31,394 nucleotides of DNA, taken from NCBI GenBank assembly GCA_016208915.1, contig JACQXE010000001.1, positions 1-31,394 on the forward strand. Reading direction: 5' to 3'. The notes beneath the pieces were generated by a model that made no database searches, was not told the origin of the DNA, and saw only the letters and a list, made by a program, of their open reading frames with translations. The position numbers and the translations under genes were made by a program. Source of the stretch: Nitrospirota bacterium. Its GTDB lineage: Bacteria > Nitrospirota > Thermodesulfovibrionia > Thermodesulfovibrionales > UBA1546. This document shows positions 9,863 to 19,384 of the stretch, in pieces. How positions within the stretch are numbered: the first letter of the stretch is position 1; every line of letters starts with the position of its first letter.

Positions 9863-10888
9863 TTAGTCCGAGACAAAGTGTATCTTCAGTGTGGTATCGC
9901 CCATTTGTATTATATCACCGCTGGACAACACAACTTCTTTAACCTCTCTACCGTTTACAAAAATGCCATTTATACTGTCCAGATCCCTGAGTATAATCTG
10001 ATTTCCCGAAACCTCAAATAATGCGTGTCTTTTTGAGACTGTCATATCCCTGATTCTGACATCAGCATCTCTCCGGCCTATTGTAAACGGCAGGGGGATA
10101 TTAAACTTATTGCCCTTTTGAGGTCCTCCTGTAATCTCAATCCTTATTCTCTTCGGCCCTTTTTCTGCCGGTTGTATCTTAGGCTGTTGCTCAGCCTGCG
10201 TGGGCTGGAGCGGCGTGACGGCGTCTTCAGATTTCACAGGGTTTGCAGCAATCAATGAGCTGATCGCACATGAATCATCTGCCTCAAGGGTTGTAATATC
10301 ACTATAAACCAGCACATCTACCAGCGTTTTATCAGAAGGATATGCATAAAAAAGCATCTGTTCCCTTACAGATTTCTCATCCTGCCTGACAGCTGTATCT
10401 GCAAAATGCGCCATCTTTGGTTCCCCTGAATGAATATAAAAAAAATTGTGCATATTGTTCTTTCTAAGGACAATAAAAGCCGATATGCTTTCATTCTTAA
10501 TCTTCATAAGAATATTTTCAAGATCAATAATATCCGTTGTTACTCTTGAAGAAGGTTCCTTTTGAAAAAATACGAGCATCCCTTTGAACAATACGGGATC
10601 TGTTTTATAGAGAGAAATCATACTTTGTTTTTTATCCGAAGATATGTCTTTCAGAAAATCTTTTATGCTGAGATTCACCGGTCTGCTGTTTGAAATGAAA
10701 CCTGCTGCATATGCATCTCCCATAAGACAAAACAGAAAATATGCGGCCTCTGGCTCATCAATTTTTAATATGCCTGTAAACAGTCCGTCTGCCCTGTTTA
10801 TCTCGTCTGTAATGAGATTAAAAACTTCAGCTGTATAGCGTTTGTCTTTCAATAGAACATGACCTTCAGAAAAAACCTCTTTTATCAT
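9863..10888 (-). CDS. FHA-domain protein with an uncharacterised ~240-aa N-terminal domain
   Basis: C-terminal FHA signature (GRRDADVRIRDMTVSKRHA...NGIFVNG); N-terminal part has no motif I recognise. Confidence 0.7.
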   Translation of the reverse strand: MIKEVFSEGHVLLKDKRYTAEVFNLITDEINRADGLFTGILKIDEPEAAYFLFCLMGDAYAAGFISNSRPVNLSIKDFLKDISSDKKQSMISLYKTDPVLFKGMLVFFQKEPSSRVTTDIIDLENILMKIKNESISAFIVLRKNNMHNFFYIHSGEPKMAHFADTAVRQDEKSVREQMLFYAYPSDKTLVDVLVYSDITTLEADDSCAISSLIAANPVKSEDAVTPLQPTQAEQQPKIQPAEKGPKRIRIEITGGPQKGNKFNIPLPFTIGRRDADVRIRDMTVSKRHALFEVSGNQIILRDLDSINGIFVNGREVKEVVLSSGDIIQMGDTTLKIHFVSD

Positions 10889-11109
10889 CCCCTATTGTTT
10901 TATATACTTCCCTTTTTGTCAACCATAATTCCCCATATAAATTACTATCCTTGACTAAGACCTTTTATTTCTGTTAGTTTAATCAATTATCTCCGAGCTA
11001 CTATAGGAGTCCTCTCGTAGACAGAGAGAGCGCATTTAGATAGCTGGTTCTCGGACAAGATACGATTTTGGCTTTCAGCCAGTATCAGGAAAAACTTAAG
11101 GAGTCAATA

Positions 11110-11616
11110 ATGAAAAAAAATAAAAAGTCAGTTAAGCTTTCAACAAAACCAAAGAAAATACAGAAAACTAAGCCGACTCGGTCAACGAAACCCTCAAAAA
11201 AACAAGTTGCCGTCAAAAAACAGGTAACGAAAAAGAAAAAGGCAGACAAACTAACTCCCAAGGCAAAAAAGCTTCAGGATATAAGGAAAAAACTGTTATG
11301 TCAAAAAGAAGCTCTTCTTGCAGAGGCAGAGGAGGCGCTGAACACACTACCGGGTCAGATGACATTCCCTGATATGAGTGACCAGGCAAGCGCTGAAACA
11401 GAAAGAAGTTTCATGCTGAGGCTGAGAAGCAGGGAGCAGAAACTGCTAAAAAAAATAGAAGAGGCAATTGAGAGGATAGACAACGGCACATTCGGGATAT
11501 GCGATTCCTGTGCTTTGGATATAGATATGAGAAGACTCGAGGCAAGGCCTGTAACAACACTGTGCATAGACTGCAAAACTCTGCAGGAAGAAGAAGAAAA
11601 ACTAAGAGAGGGATAG
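11110..11616 (+). CDS. DksA/TraR-family C4 zinc-finger protein with a lysine-rich N-terminal tail
   Basis: C-terminal CDSC...17 aa...CIDC zinc finger after a coiled-coil. Residues 1-55 are KK/KP-rich. AAGGAG RBS 6 nt before the ATG at 11110; the ORF track starts further upstream at 11068. Confidence 0.7.
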   Translation: MKKNKKSVKLSTKPKKIQKTKPTRSTKPSKKQVAVKKQVTKKKKADKLTPKAKKLQDIRKKLLCQKEALLAEAEEALNTLPGQMTFPDMSDQASAETERSFMLRLRSREQKLLKKIEEAIERIDNGTFGICDSCALDIDMRRLEARPVTTLCIDCKTLQEEEEKLREG

Positions 11617-12402
11617 ACCGTACTTATCTCTCAGGGCATCTCCCACCATATTGAAACACAGCGCTGTTATGGCAATAGCAATGCCTGGGAATAATACCAT
11701 CCATGGTTCTGATGCTATATACGCCCTGTTCATGCTCACCATAGAACCCCATGTTGGCATTGGCGGCTGGGCGCCTAATCCTAAGAAACTAAGCGAGGAC
11801 TCCGTAAGGACATAACCTCCGAGCTTGATTCCTGCCATTACAAATGTTATCGGAAGACACTGAGGCATAAGGTGAACAAATATTATTCTCAATCTGCTGC
11901 ATCCGATCGCTCTTGCAGCCTCCACAAATTCAGCATCTTTTAATGTCAGAACATAGCCTCTTACAAGGCGGGCAAATGAAGCCCATCCCACAAACGCTAT
12001 TGCTATCATAACTGTATATATGCCGGAAGGAAATATTATAGATACACCTATCGCAAGCAGCAATGAGGGGAACGCCAGTATAAGGTCTACACCTGCCATT
12101 ATTGCCATGTCAACCTTTCCTCCAAAATATCCGGCAAACAGACCCATTAAAAGTCCTGTTGTCATAGAGATAAAAGCAGCTATCAGGGCAATGATTATTG
12201 ATACTCTTCCACCGTAAAGCACCCTCGAAAATATGTCCCTCCCCTTATTATCTGTCCCGAATGGATGACTGGGACTTGGAGGCTCTTTTATGCTGTCAAG
12301 GTCAATCTTTTCCGGTTCATACGGGGATATCACAAAAGAGAACAGAGAAAGGCCTAATATAATTATCAAAATACAACCTGCTATCTTACCTGTCAGCGGC
12401 AT
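11602..12402 (-). CDS. ABC transporter permease (DppC/OppC-like)
   Basis: 266 aa, 6 TM segments, EAA-like loop (AARAIGCSRLRIIFVHLMP). Confidence 0.8.
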   Translation of the reverse strand: MPLTGKIAGCILIIILGLSLFSFVISPYEPEKIDLDSIKEPPSPSHPFGTDNKGRDIFSRVLYGGRVSIIIALIAAFISMTTGLLMGLFAGYFGGKVDMAIMAGVDLILAFPSLLLAIGVSIIFPSGIYTVMIAIAFVGWASFARLVRGYVLTLKDAEFVEAARAIGCSRLRIIFVHLMPQCLPITFVMAGIKLGGYVLTESSLSFLGLGAQPPMPTWGSMVSMNRAYIASEPWMVLFPGIAIAITALCFNMVGDALRDKYGLSLS

Positions 12403-13318
12403 AGAGCCTTATCCTCGGATCAAGATAGTGATACAGGACGTCCACTATAAGGTTAATCAGAACAAATACAACTGTCCCTATTATTATGCATCCCATAACT
12501 ACAGGATAATCCCTTTTTATTATTCCGTCCATTGCAAACCTTCCTATCCCATCCCATCCAAATATTGTTTCTGTAAGCACTGCGCCATTAAGGTAGCTCC
12601 CGAAATCGAGACCTATGACTGTTACTAAAGGTATTATAATATTTCTGAATATATGCACAGCATTTATCCTGAAAACAGTCATGCCCTTAGCCCTCGCTGT
12701 GTTTATGAAAGGCATATCTGCTATTTCTATTACAGAAGTCCTCGTAATCCTTGCGAGCGTTGCAATTGCAGGCAGGGAAAGCGTCAATGAGGGCATAACA
12801 AGAAACACTATGTCTCCTGTCCCTGACGGCGGGAGAAGTTTCAACTTAAGGCTCAATAAAAGCATTATCAGAAGCCCGCTCCAGAACACAGGAATACTAA
12901 GACCTGTTATGGAAACCGCTGAGATTATCCTGTCTGTGTACTTATTCCTTTTATATGCCGCCAGGAAACCCAGAAAGAGCCCTGTCGGAACAGCAATGAG
13001 CATTGCGCCTGATGCGAGCTTCATTGTATTCGGGAATTTCATTAGTATGTCATCAAGCACCTTCCTGTTCGTATAATAGGACCTCCCCATCTCTCCCCTG
13101 AGCAGCAACTTTATATAGCCTGAATACTGGCTGAATATGCCTTTGTCAGCGCCTATTTCCTTCCTTATCTTTTCTATCAGTTCGGGTTGTGCCCTTTCAC
13201 CAACAAGGCTCTGAACAGGGTCACCCGGCAATGCCTTTGTAAGTGAGAATGTAAGGAGCGTTATCCCGAATAAAAGCAGAATTAAGAGAAAAAATCTTTT
13301 TAAAATATATTTTCTTAT
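12386..13318 (-). CDS. ABC transporter permease (DppB/OppB-like); start uncertain
   Basis: Aligns to DppB from IRKYILKRFF...LLTFSL...PGDPV onward. GAGGAGG RBS sits 6 nt before an ATA codon at 13318. The ORF stays open upstream to a TTG at 13426 with no ATG, so the start is non-canonical or there is a base error. Confidence 0.7.
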   Translation of the reverse strand: MRKYILKRFFLLILLLFGITLLTFSLTKALPGDPVQSLVGERAQPELIEKIRKEIGADKGIFSQYSGYIKLLLRGEMGRSYYTNRKVLDDILMKFPNTMKLASGAMLIAVPTGLFLGFLAAYKRNKYTDRIISAVSITGLSIPVFWSGLLIMLLLSLKLKLLPPSGTGDIVFLVMPSLTLSLPAIATLARITRTSVIEIADMPFINTARAKGMTVFRINAVHIFRNIIIPLVTVIGLDFGSYLNGAVLTETIFGWDGIGRFAMDGIIKRDYPVVMGCIIIGTVVFVLINLIVDVLYHYLDPRIRLYAADR

Positions 13319-13419
13319 TGTCAGCCTCCTCTCGGAACGATTATACAACAAAAGATATTTCTGCTGAAAGATATTAACTTGATTTAATAAGCTGGCTTTG
13401 TTACATAATATTGAGAACC

Positions 13420-14175
13420 ATGGCAAAGAAATATGATGAAGTAAGCCTTAAATTAAGCGCCCTTTCAGAGTTTAATACTGCTGTGACAATAGGGGGTAAG
13501 ACCTATCATGTCCAGACAGAGCATGGCAGTCAAAAAAATCCCCAACTCACAACGCTCATTTACTACAAGGGAGAAATCGTCTTCTCTGCAAAAACTGATT
13601 ATTCCGATATCATGCATACAAAGGACTTTGATAGTAAGCTGAAGGATATGCTAAAAAAGCAGCACAAAAATTCTATAACCAACTTCACACGTCGGATTGA
13701 GGAAGCAAAGAAAAAAACAGAATATTTCGATGCGGTTAAAAAACTTCTCCAGAGAGGTAACAGCAAACAGGCGTTAAAGATACTAAAAGATGCGCTTGAA
13801 GAATTTCCTGAAGACCCTTTTATAATGTCTTATTATGGCTGCTTAACTGCAATTGTTGAGAAAAAATATGACGAAGGCATAAATATATGTCAGACTGCAT
13901 TAGAAAAACTCAGTCCTGATATTTCCCCTGATGAGAAACCTTTGTATACAACATTCTATCTCAATCTTGGAAGGGCATACCTTGCTGGCGGAGAAAGAAA
14001 ACTTGCAATCGAGTCGTTCCAAAACGGGCTGAATATCGATAAGGAAAATCACGATCTGCTCTGGGAAATCAAAAAACTCGGCACGAGAAAAAAAACACCC
14101 ATCCCCTTCTTGTCGCGGAACAATCCTCTCAATAAATACTTAGGTATCTTCCTCTCGCAGTTGAAAAGAAAATAA
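13420..14175 (+). CDS. Hypothetical protein with TPR-like helical repeats in the C-terminal half
   Basis: 251-aa ORF between convergent genes; helical-repeat-like sequence (YLNLGRAYLAGGERKLAIESFQNGL). No specific family recognised. Confidence 0.45.
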   Translation: MAKKYDEVSLKLSALSEFNTAVTIGGKTYHVQTEHGSQKNPQLTTLIYYKGEIVFSAKTDYSDIMHTKDFDSKLKDMLKKQHKNSITNFTRRIEEAKKKTEYFDAVKKLLQRGNSKQALKILKDALEEFPEDPFIMSYYGCLTAIVEKKYDEGINICQTALEKLSPDISPDEKPLYTTFYLNLGRAYLAGGERKLAIESFQNGLNIDKENHDLLWEIKKLGTRKKTPIPFLSRNNPLNKYLGIFLSQLKRK

Positions 14176-14193
14176 ACTTTATACAAAAGATAT

Positions 14194-15075
14194 TCATTGC
14201 TTGGTAAGGATCTCTATAATCTCCTTGTATCTCGCAGCGGTCTTTTCAATGATCTCATCCGGAAGTTTTGGGCCCGGGTATGTCTGGTTCCAGTCGAGGG
14301 TTAAAAGATAATCCCGTACAATCTGCTTGTCAAAGCTGTCCTGACCTTTTCCGGGTTTATAGTCCTTCATAGACCAGAACCTCGATGAATCAGGCGTAAG
14401 AAGTTCATCAATCAGGATTAGTTTATTCTCATAAATTCCAAATTCCATTTTTGTATCAGCAATAATGATGCCCTTCTTCTCTGCCATTGCCCTCGCCTTT
14501 TTGTAAACCTTAAGGCTTGTATCCCTGAGCTTGTTTGCAGTATCATCACCAACAATCTTTTTCATCTCATCAAAGTTTATGTTTATGTCATGCCCTGCTT
14601 CAGCCTTTGTGCTCGGTGTGAATATCGGCTCATCCAGTCTTGATGATTCAACAAGCCCTTGAGGAAGTTTTATACCGCAGACAGTTCCTTTCTCGTTGTA
14701 TTCTTTCCATCCCGAGCCTGAGAGATAGCCTCGTACAATACATTCAACAGGCATCGGCTTTGCTTTCTTAACAAACATGCTCCTTCCTTCAAGGATGTCG
14801 CTGTATTTATGGAGAACCTGTGGATAATCCTTAACATCAGTTGCAATGATGTGATTTTCGATTATATCCTTCATCTGTTTAAACCAGTATATTGATATCT
14901 GCGTCAACACTCTGCCCTTATCAGGAATCCCATTGGGCAACACAACATCGAACGCTGAGACCCTGTCTGTTGCGACAATTAACAAGTTATCCCCAACTTC
15001 ATACACATCTCTAACCTTCCCGCGCTTTTGAAGTTTTACATCTTTAAAATTCGTCTCCATAATAACATCAGCCAT
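14194..15075 (-). CDS. purC: Phosphoribosylaminoimidazole-succinocarboxamide synthase
   Basis: Long-form SAICAR synthetase blocks ([25 protein letters not shown]-like). Start overlaps the ATPase stop by 8 nt. Confidence 0.9.
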   Translation of the reverse strand: MADVIMETNFKDVKLQKRGKVRDVYEVGDNLLIVATDRVSAFDVVLPNGIPDKGRVLTQISIYWFKQMKDIIENHIIATDVKDYPQVLHKYSDILEGRSMFVKKAKPMPVECIVRGYLSGSGWKEYNEKGTVCGIKLPQGLVESSRLDEPIFTPSTKAEAGHDININFDEMKKIVGDDTANKLRDTSLKVYKKARAMAEKKGIIIADTKMEFGIYENKLILIDELLTPDSSRFWSMKDYKPGKGQDSFDKQIVRDYLLTLDWNQTYPGPKLPDEIIEKTAARYKEIIEILTKQ

Positions 15076-17791
15076 TTTTTCTCCTCCTTATTAATTTTTC
15101 TACCTCAACTGCAAAGAATACTACAGATGACAGGCCGAGTGTAAACACCAATTCACCGAAAGTCAAAGGCTCTGTCTTGAATATAGGATTTAAGAAAGGC
15201 ACATATATTGTTGCCATCTGCAAGGCAAAAGTCAAAGCAAAGGCGCCAACAAGAGGCTTGTTTGAAAACAACCCCTGCTTGAAGAGGGATTCCCGGTCTG
15301 ACCTTATTGCGAGCACATGCCCCATCTGGCTTAAACACAAAACAGTAAAGACCATTGTCTGCCAGTGGGCATGGCCTGTTTTGATAGACCAGGCCTGTGT
15401 AAATAGGGATACAGCACCCATCAGGAGCCCTACCCATACGATGTGGATACCAAGGCCATGGGCAAATATGCTCTCCTGCGGGTGTCTTGGCGGTCTGTTC
15501 ATGACCCCTTTTTCCGATGGTTCTGCGGCAAGGGCAAGTCCCGGCAGGCCGTCAGTAACAAGATTGATCCAGAGTATATGGATCGGCAATAAGGGGATCG
15601 GTAAGCCGAAAAACGGGGCAAGGAATATGGTCCATATCTCACCTGAATTGCTCGTCATTGTATATTTTATAAACTTGCGGATATTGTCAAAGATTCGCCT
15701 GCCTTCTTTTACCGCCTTCACAATAGTAGCGAAATTGTCGTCCAGGAGTATCATATGGGCCGCTTCTTTTGAGACATCCGTCCCTGTTATCCCCATTGCA
15801 ACTCCGATATCCGCCCTCTTTAATGCAGGGGCGTCATTTACACCATCCCCTGTCATAGCCACGAACTGGCCCTTGTCCTGAAGCGCCTTGATTATTTTGA
15901 GTTTTTGCTCAGGCGCCACCCTCGCATAGACCCTGAGATGGTCAACCCTTTCCTCAAACTCCTCCATGGACAGCTTTTCAAGTTCCCTTCCGGTAATGAC
16001 TGTCTTTGAGCCATCTTCAATAATGCCGAGCCTTCTGGCTATCGCCATTGCCGTGATCGGATGATCGCCTGTTATCATCACAGGCTTAATGCCTGCTGTT
16101 TTACATAATGAAACAGCCTCTTTTGCCTCTTCCCTCGGAGGGTCCATTATCCCGACCAGACCTAAAATAGTAAGCGATTTCTCAACGTGCTCAGGCGACA
16201 TGTCATCAGGCAGCGCATTCCAGTCCCTCATGGCAATACCGAGGACCCTCAGCCCGTCCGCTGCCATCCTGTTGTTCATCCTGTGAAGCTTCTGCACATC
16301 AAAAGGCATTAATCCATCTGATGTGAGAATGTTATCCGCCTTCTCAAGCAGCACATCCACACCGCCTTTTGTAAAAGAGATGATACTGCTTTCACCCTCA
16401 CCCCCTCCCATCAAGGGAGGGGGAATAGTTGGGATGTCTCTCATCAATGGAGAAGAAAGTCCCCTCTCCCCTTGCGGGAGAGGGATAGGGTGAGGGGGGA
16501 TTCTATGAAACGTCGTCATGCACTTTCTGTCAGAATCAAACGGTATCTCTGCAACACGTGGAAACTCTTTTTCCAGCTTGCTTTTGTCAAAGTCTTTTTC
16601 TTTGGCGATGTTATACAAAGCAGTTTCTGTCGGATCGCCGATGATGACGCCGGACGCATCCTTCTGTGCGTCATTGCTTAAAGCCAATGCTGTCATTAGA
16701 TAGGTGTGGGGTGTGAAATGTGAAGTGCCTGTTATATCTTCCTGACTCCTGACTATTTTCCCATCCACATAAATCTCTTCCACAGTCATCTTGTTCAGTG
16801 TGAGGGTGCCTGTCTTGTCTGAACAGATGTATGTGACAGAGCCGAGTGTTTCTACTGCAGGGAGTTTTCTTATAAGGGCGTTCTGCTTTACAAGCTTTTT
16901 GGCCCCAAGCGCAAGTGATATGGTTATTACAGCCGGAAGCGCCTCGGGTATTGCTGCAACTGCGAGGGATATGGCGGTCAAGAGCATCAACAATGGAGGT
17001 TCGCCCCTGAAAACCCCTATGCCGAATACAATGGCACATATTGCAAGCACTGCAAAGGCAAGATTTTTTCCGAACGTTGCAAGCCTTTTCTGAAGAGGGG
17101 TTTTGACCTCTTCCTCTTCCTGAAGCATGGTGGCGATCTTTCCAAGTTCTGTATTCATGCCGGTGGCCACGACAATGCCGGCGCCTCTGCCATATGATAC
17201 TGCAGTGCCTTTGTAGGCCATGTTCTTTCTATCGCCCATGGGCAGGTGTTCGTCGTGCAGTGCTTTGGTGTTTTTTTCAACAGGCACGGATTCTCCGGTA
17301 AGAGCAGCCTCTTCCGCCTTTAACTGGGCGGTCTCTGTAAGTCTCATATCAGCCGGCACAACCTTGCCGGCTTCGAGCAACACGACATCACCCGGCACAA
17401 GCTCTGATGCAGGAATATTCGTATGCTCACCGCTTCTTAATACAAGGGCGGTGTGAGCAGCCATTTTCTTAAGGGCAGCCATGGCCTTTTCAGCCCGGTA
17501 TTCCTGAACAAAGCCGATCACTGCATTCAGCAGTACTATTACTATTATCGCAATCGTGTCTTCAGGGTCTCCGACAATCCCTGATATGATTGCAGCAGCA
17601 ATAAGGACAAGGATCATGAAGTCCTTGAACTGGTCAAGGAACATCATGAACGGCGTCTTTTTCTTTTTCACTTTTAATTCATTCGGGCCGTATTCCAGGA
17701 TCCGCTTCCGGGCCTCTTCTGAAGATACACCCTTTAAAGACGAGTTCAGTTCTTCAATAACATCTTCAATTGTTTTTTGGTGCCAGCGCAT
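15068..17791 (-). CDS. P-type cation-transporting ATPase (type IIA/IIB Ca2+-ATPase-like)
   Basis: DKTGTLT phosphorylation motif, [17 protein letters not shown], 10 TM helices; 907 aa. Contains a ~42-aa in-frame insert (see repeat at 16376-16501). Confidence 0.9.
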   Translation of the reverse strand: MRWHQKTIEDVIEELNSSLKGVSSEEARKRILEYGPNELKVKKKKTPFMMFLDQFKDFMILVLIAAAIISGIVGDPEDTIAIIVIVLLNAVIGFVQEYRAEKAMAALKKMAAHTALVLRSGEHTNIPASELVPGDVVLLEAGKVVPADMRLTETAQLKAEEAALTGESVPVEKNTKALHDEHLPMGDRKNMAYKGTAVSYGRGAGIVVATGMNTELGKIATMLQEEEEVKTPLQKRLATFGKNLAFAVLAICAIVFGIGVFRGEPPLLMLLTAISLAVAAIPEALPAVITISLALGAKKLVKQNALIRKLPAVETLGSVTYICSDKTGTLTLNKMTVEEIYVDGKIVRSQEDITGTSHFTPHTYLMTALALSNDAQKDASGVIIGDPTETALYNIAKEKDFDKSKLEKEFPRVAEIPFDSDRKCMTTFHRIPPHPIPLPQGERGLSSPLMRDIPTIPPPLMGGGEGESSIISFTKGGVDVLLEKADNILTSDGLMPFDVQKLHRMNNRMAADGLRVLGIAMRDWNALPDDMSPEHVEKSLTILGLVGIMDPPREEAKEAVSLCKTAGIKPVMITGDHPITAMAIARRLGIIEDGSKTVITGRELEKLSMEEFEERVDHLRVYARVAPEQKLKIIKALQDKGQFVAMTGDGVNDAPALKRADIGVAMGITGTDVSKEAAHMILLDDNFATIVKAVKEGRRIFDNIRKFIKYTMTSNSGEIWTIFLAPFFGLPIPLLPIHILWINLVTDGLPGLALAAEPSEKGVMNRPPRHPQESIFAHGLGIHIVWVGLLMGAVSLFTQAWSIKTGHAHWQTMVFTVLCLSQMGHVLAIRSDRESLFKQGLFSNKPLVGAFALTFALQMATIYVPFLNPIFKTEPLTFGELVFTLGLSSVVFFAVEVEKLIRRRKNG
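16376..16501 (-). repeat. In-frame 126-nt GC-rich nested palindromic element inside the P-type ATPase N-domain (encodes [42 protein letters not shown])
   Basis: Minus strand reads CCCTCACCC ... [CCCTCTCCC-GCAA-GGGAGAGGG] ... [CCCCCTCCC-TTGAT-GGGAGGGGG] ... GGGTGAGGG. That is two 9-bp hairpins nested inside an outer 9-bp stem. The insert interrupts the normally short segment between FDSDRK...FHR and FTKGG. Confidence 0.5.
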
Positions 17792-17811
17792 ATATCTCCC
17801 TTATTGAGTTC

Positions 17812-17854
17812 CCGGATTCAAAAGAGCCGGGGCAATGAAAACATTCCCCCGGCT
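17812..17854 (-). terminator. Intrinsic terminator after the zf-TFIIB gene (GAGCCGGGG / CCCCGGCTC stem, then CTCTTTTGAATCC)
   Basis: 9-bp GC-rich hairpin read on the minus strand immediately 3' of the 17884 stop. Confidence 0.5.
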
Positions 17855-17883
17855 CCTGAATCTTGTGTTTTGTATTCTCTTAA

Positions 17884-18189
17884 TTATTTTTTGAAAACAC
17901 TGAACAGTTTGTCCAATCCGCCTTTTTCAAGCTTTGCTACTGCCTCAAGTTCTCCTGCATCAAGCCAGATCCCTTCACACTCAGAGCACTTGTCCACCTT
18001 TATTTCTTTGTAATCTATCTCAATTAGTTCCATTCCGCACTTGGGACATCTCATGGAATGAAGTTCCTTCAGTTTTTTCCTTTCCTCTTTCTTAAGCATC
18101 TTATGTTTCTCTTCCTCAAGCTTCTTCTTTTTATCAAACTCCATCCTTGAAATGTACTCTGCTTCTCTCTCACTTGGTTTCATTGACAT
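17884..18189 (-). CDS. zf-TFIIB-type zinc-ribbon protein with N-terminal charged coiled region
   Basis: CPKCG...(22 aa)...CSECEGIWLDAGELE is the zf-TFIIB (PF13453-like) signature; GAGGAGG RBS. Confidence 0.65.
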   Translation of the reverse strand: MSMKPSEREAEYISRMEFDKKKKLEEEKHKMLKKEERKKLKELHSMRCPKCGMELIEIDYKEIKVDKCSECEGIWLDAGELEAVAKLEKGGLDKLFSVFKK

Positions 18190-18233
18190 TTCCTCCTCTG
18201 TTAATTTTATTGAACTTGCTTTTTGCCTTTGTT

Positions 18234-18277
18234 AACAACCTTTTTGCCCAGATGAATTCAGTGGCGAAGATTCCCAG
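18234..18277. repeat. Copy A of a 44-nt duplicated segment (89 percent identical to 19428-19471)
   Basis: AACAACCTTTTTGCCCAGATGAATTCAGTGGCGAAGATTCCCAG vs AACAACCTTCTTGCCCAGATGAATTCCGTGGCAAGGATGCCCAG. Minus-strand translation is LGIFATEFIWAKRLL, in frame directly after the TGA of the 18278-18550 ORF. Confidence 0.6.
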
Positions 18278-18550
18278 TCACATTTTGTTATTAACCTTGA
18301 TCATCTCTATGGGCAGTTCCCTGCCACAATGCTTGCAAACTATTGCATCTTCTTTAATAATCTCTGCACAGTAGGGACATCTTTTGGTATATCCTTTAGA
18401 TACCATAGGTGGAAGCAATGCAATAACAATAATAAGCAAAGGGAAAAGGGCACATAATATAAACCACCATATCGGGCTGCGCCCTTTTCTTATAGCTATA
18501 ATGCTCCCCATAATACCTGCAATAGTAAGCAGAATAACATATCTAAACAA
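18278..18550 (-). CDS. Small membrane protein (2 TM) with C-terminal CxxC...CxxC zinc ribbon
   Basis: 90 aa; hydrophobic N-terminus then CPYCAEIIKEDAIVCKHCG. The stop is followed in frame by a PGPGW-like C-terminal motif relic. Confidence 0.5.
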   Translation of the reverse strand: MFRYVILLTIAGIMGSIIAIRKGRSPIWWFILCALFPLLIIVIALLPPMVSKGYTKRCPYCAEIIKEDAIVCKHCGRELPIEMIKVNNKM

Positions 18551-18607
18551 TGGGATTCTCTACTTTCTTATGATTATTTGTTTATCTCTTTTGTATATCT
18601 CCCACAC

Positions 18608-19384
18608 CTATAAATGGCACTGCCCCACCGCCTGTAACCTAAGCTCTATAAGGTCCGGTGAAATATTTGCCCTTTGTAGCCTCAGGGACTCTGCCTCTGC
18701 CTTTGCTGCTGTAATCTTCTGTTCTGCCTCTATCTTTATCCTCTCCAGGTCCCTATTCGCCTTCAGTGCAAGCTGTTCTGCTGTCTGCTTTGACTCAATG
18801 GCTTCCATAAATATCTTGGAGAAGCTGAAACCGACGATAGAGAATGCATCAACCGCTATGTTGTACGCCATGAGCCTTTCAGTAAGGTTTGCTCTCATTG
18901 CATCGCTCACCGCTGACCTCTTTGTGATAAGCTCTTCTGCTGAATACCTGGCTGACACAGCCTTTACCACCTCCTGCACTGCAGGGTCTATGATTCGCTC
19001 CTTAAAGTCTATGCCGATGGTTTGATAGACAATATTTGCCTTATCAGGAACTATGTGATAGTTAATCGCAACAGTAGAGCTTACATCCTGAAGGTTGGAT
19101 GATGCAGCTGCTGCATCAGTCGTTGCCTTCTGCACCTTGACATCCATTATGGCAACCGTCTGCATTATAGGCACCCTGAAATGCAGCCCTTCATCCAACA
19201 CTTTATCCTGAACGGCGCCAAAATTAAGGACAATCCCTCTTTGACCTGCACCAACCTGAACCCATGGCCTTAAAAACAGAAAAAACACCAGAATTGCTCC
19301 AATAATCAGCGCCACCCTCATAGGACCTTTCTTCATCGCAGACTGCATTACCTCCTTAGCCCTGTAAACATCACTTTCATCCAT
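18608..19384 (-). CDS. SPFH/band-7 (prohibitin-like) membrane protein
   Basis: One N-terminal TM then an SPFH domain (GIVLNFGAVQDKVLDEGLHFRVP...) and C-terminal coiled-coil. Start taken at the internal ATG (MDESDVY) with a GGAGGC RBS 8 nt upstream. Confidence 0.75.
   Translation of the reverse strand: MDESDVYRAKEVMQSAMKKGPMRVALIIGAILVFFLFLRPWVQVGAGQRGIVLNFGAVQDKVLDEGLHFRVPIMQTVAIMDVKVQKATTDAAAASSNLQDVSSTVAINYHIVPDKANIVYQTIGIDFKERIIDPAVQEVVKAVSARYSAEELITKRSAVSDAMRANLTERLMAYNIAVDAFSIVGFSFSKIFMEAIESKQTAEQLALKANRDLERIKIEAEQKITAAKAEAESLRLQRANISPDLIELRLQAVGQCHL

Noticed and set aside
16376-16501. Intein or other protein-splicing element in the ATPase
   Set aside because: Only 42 codons, no intein blocks; the DNA-level nested palindrome points to a nucleotide-level repeat element.
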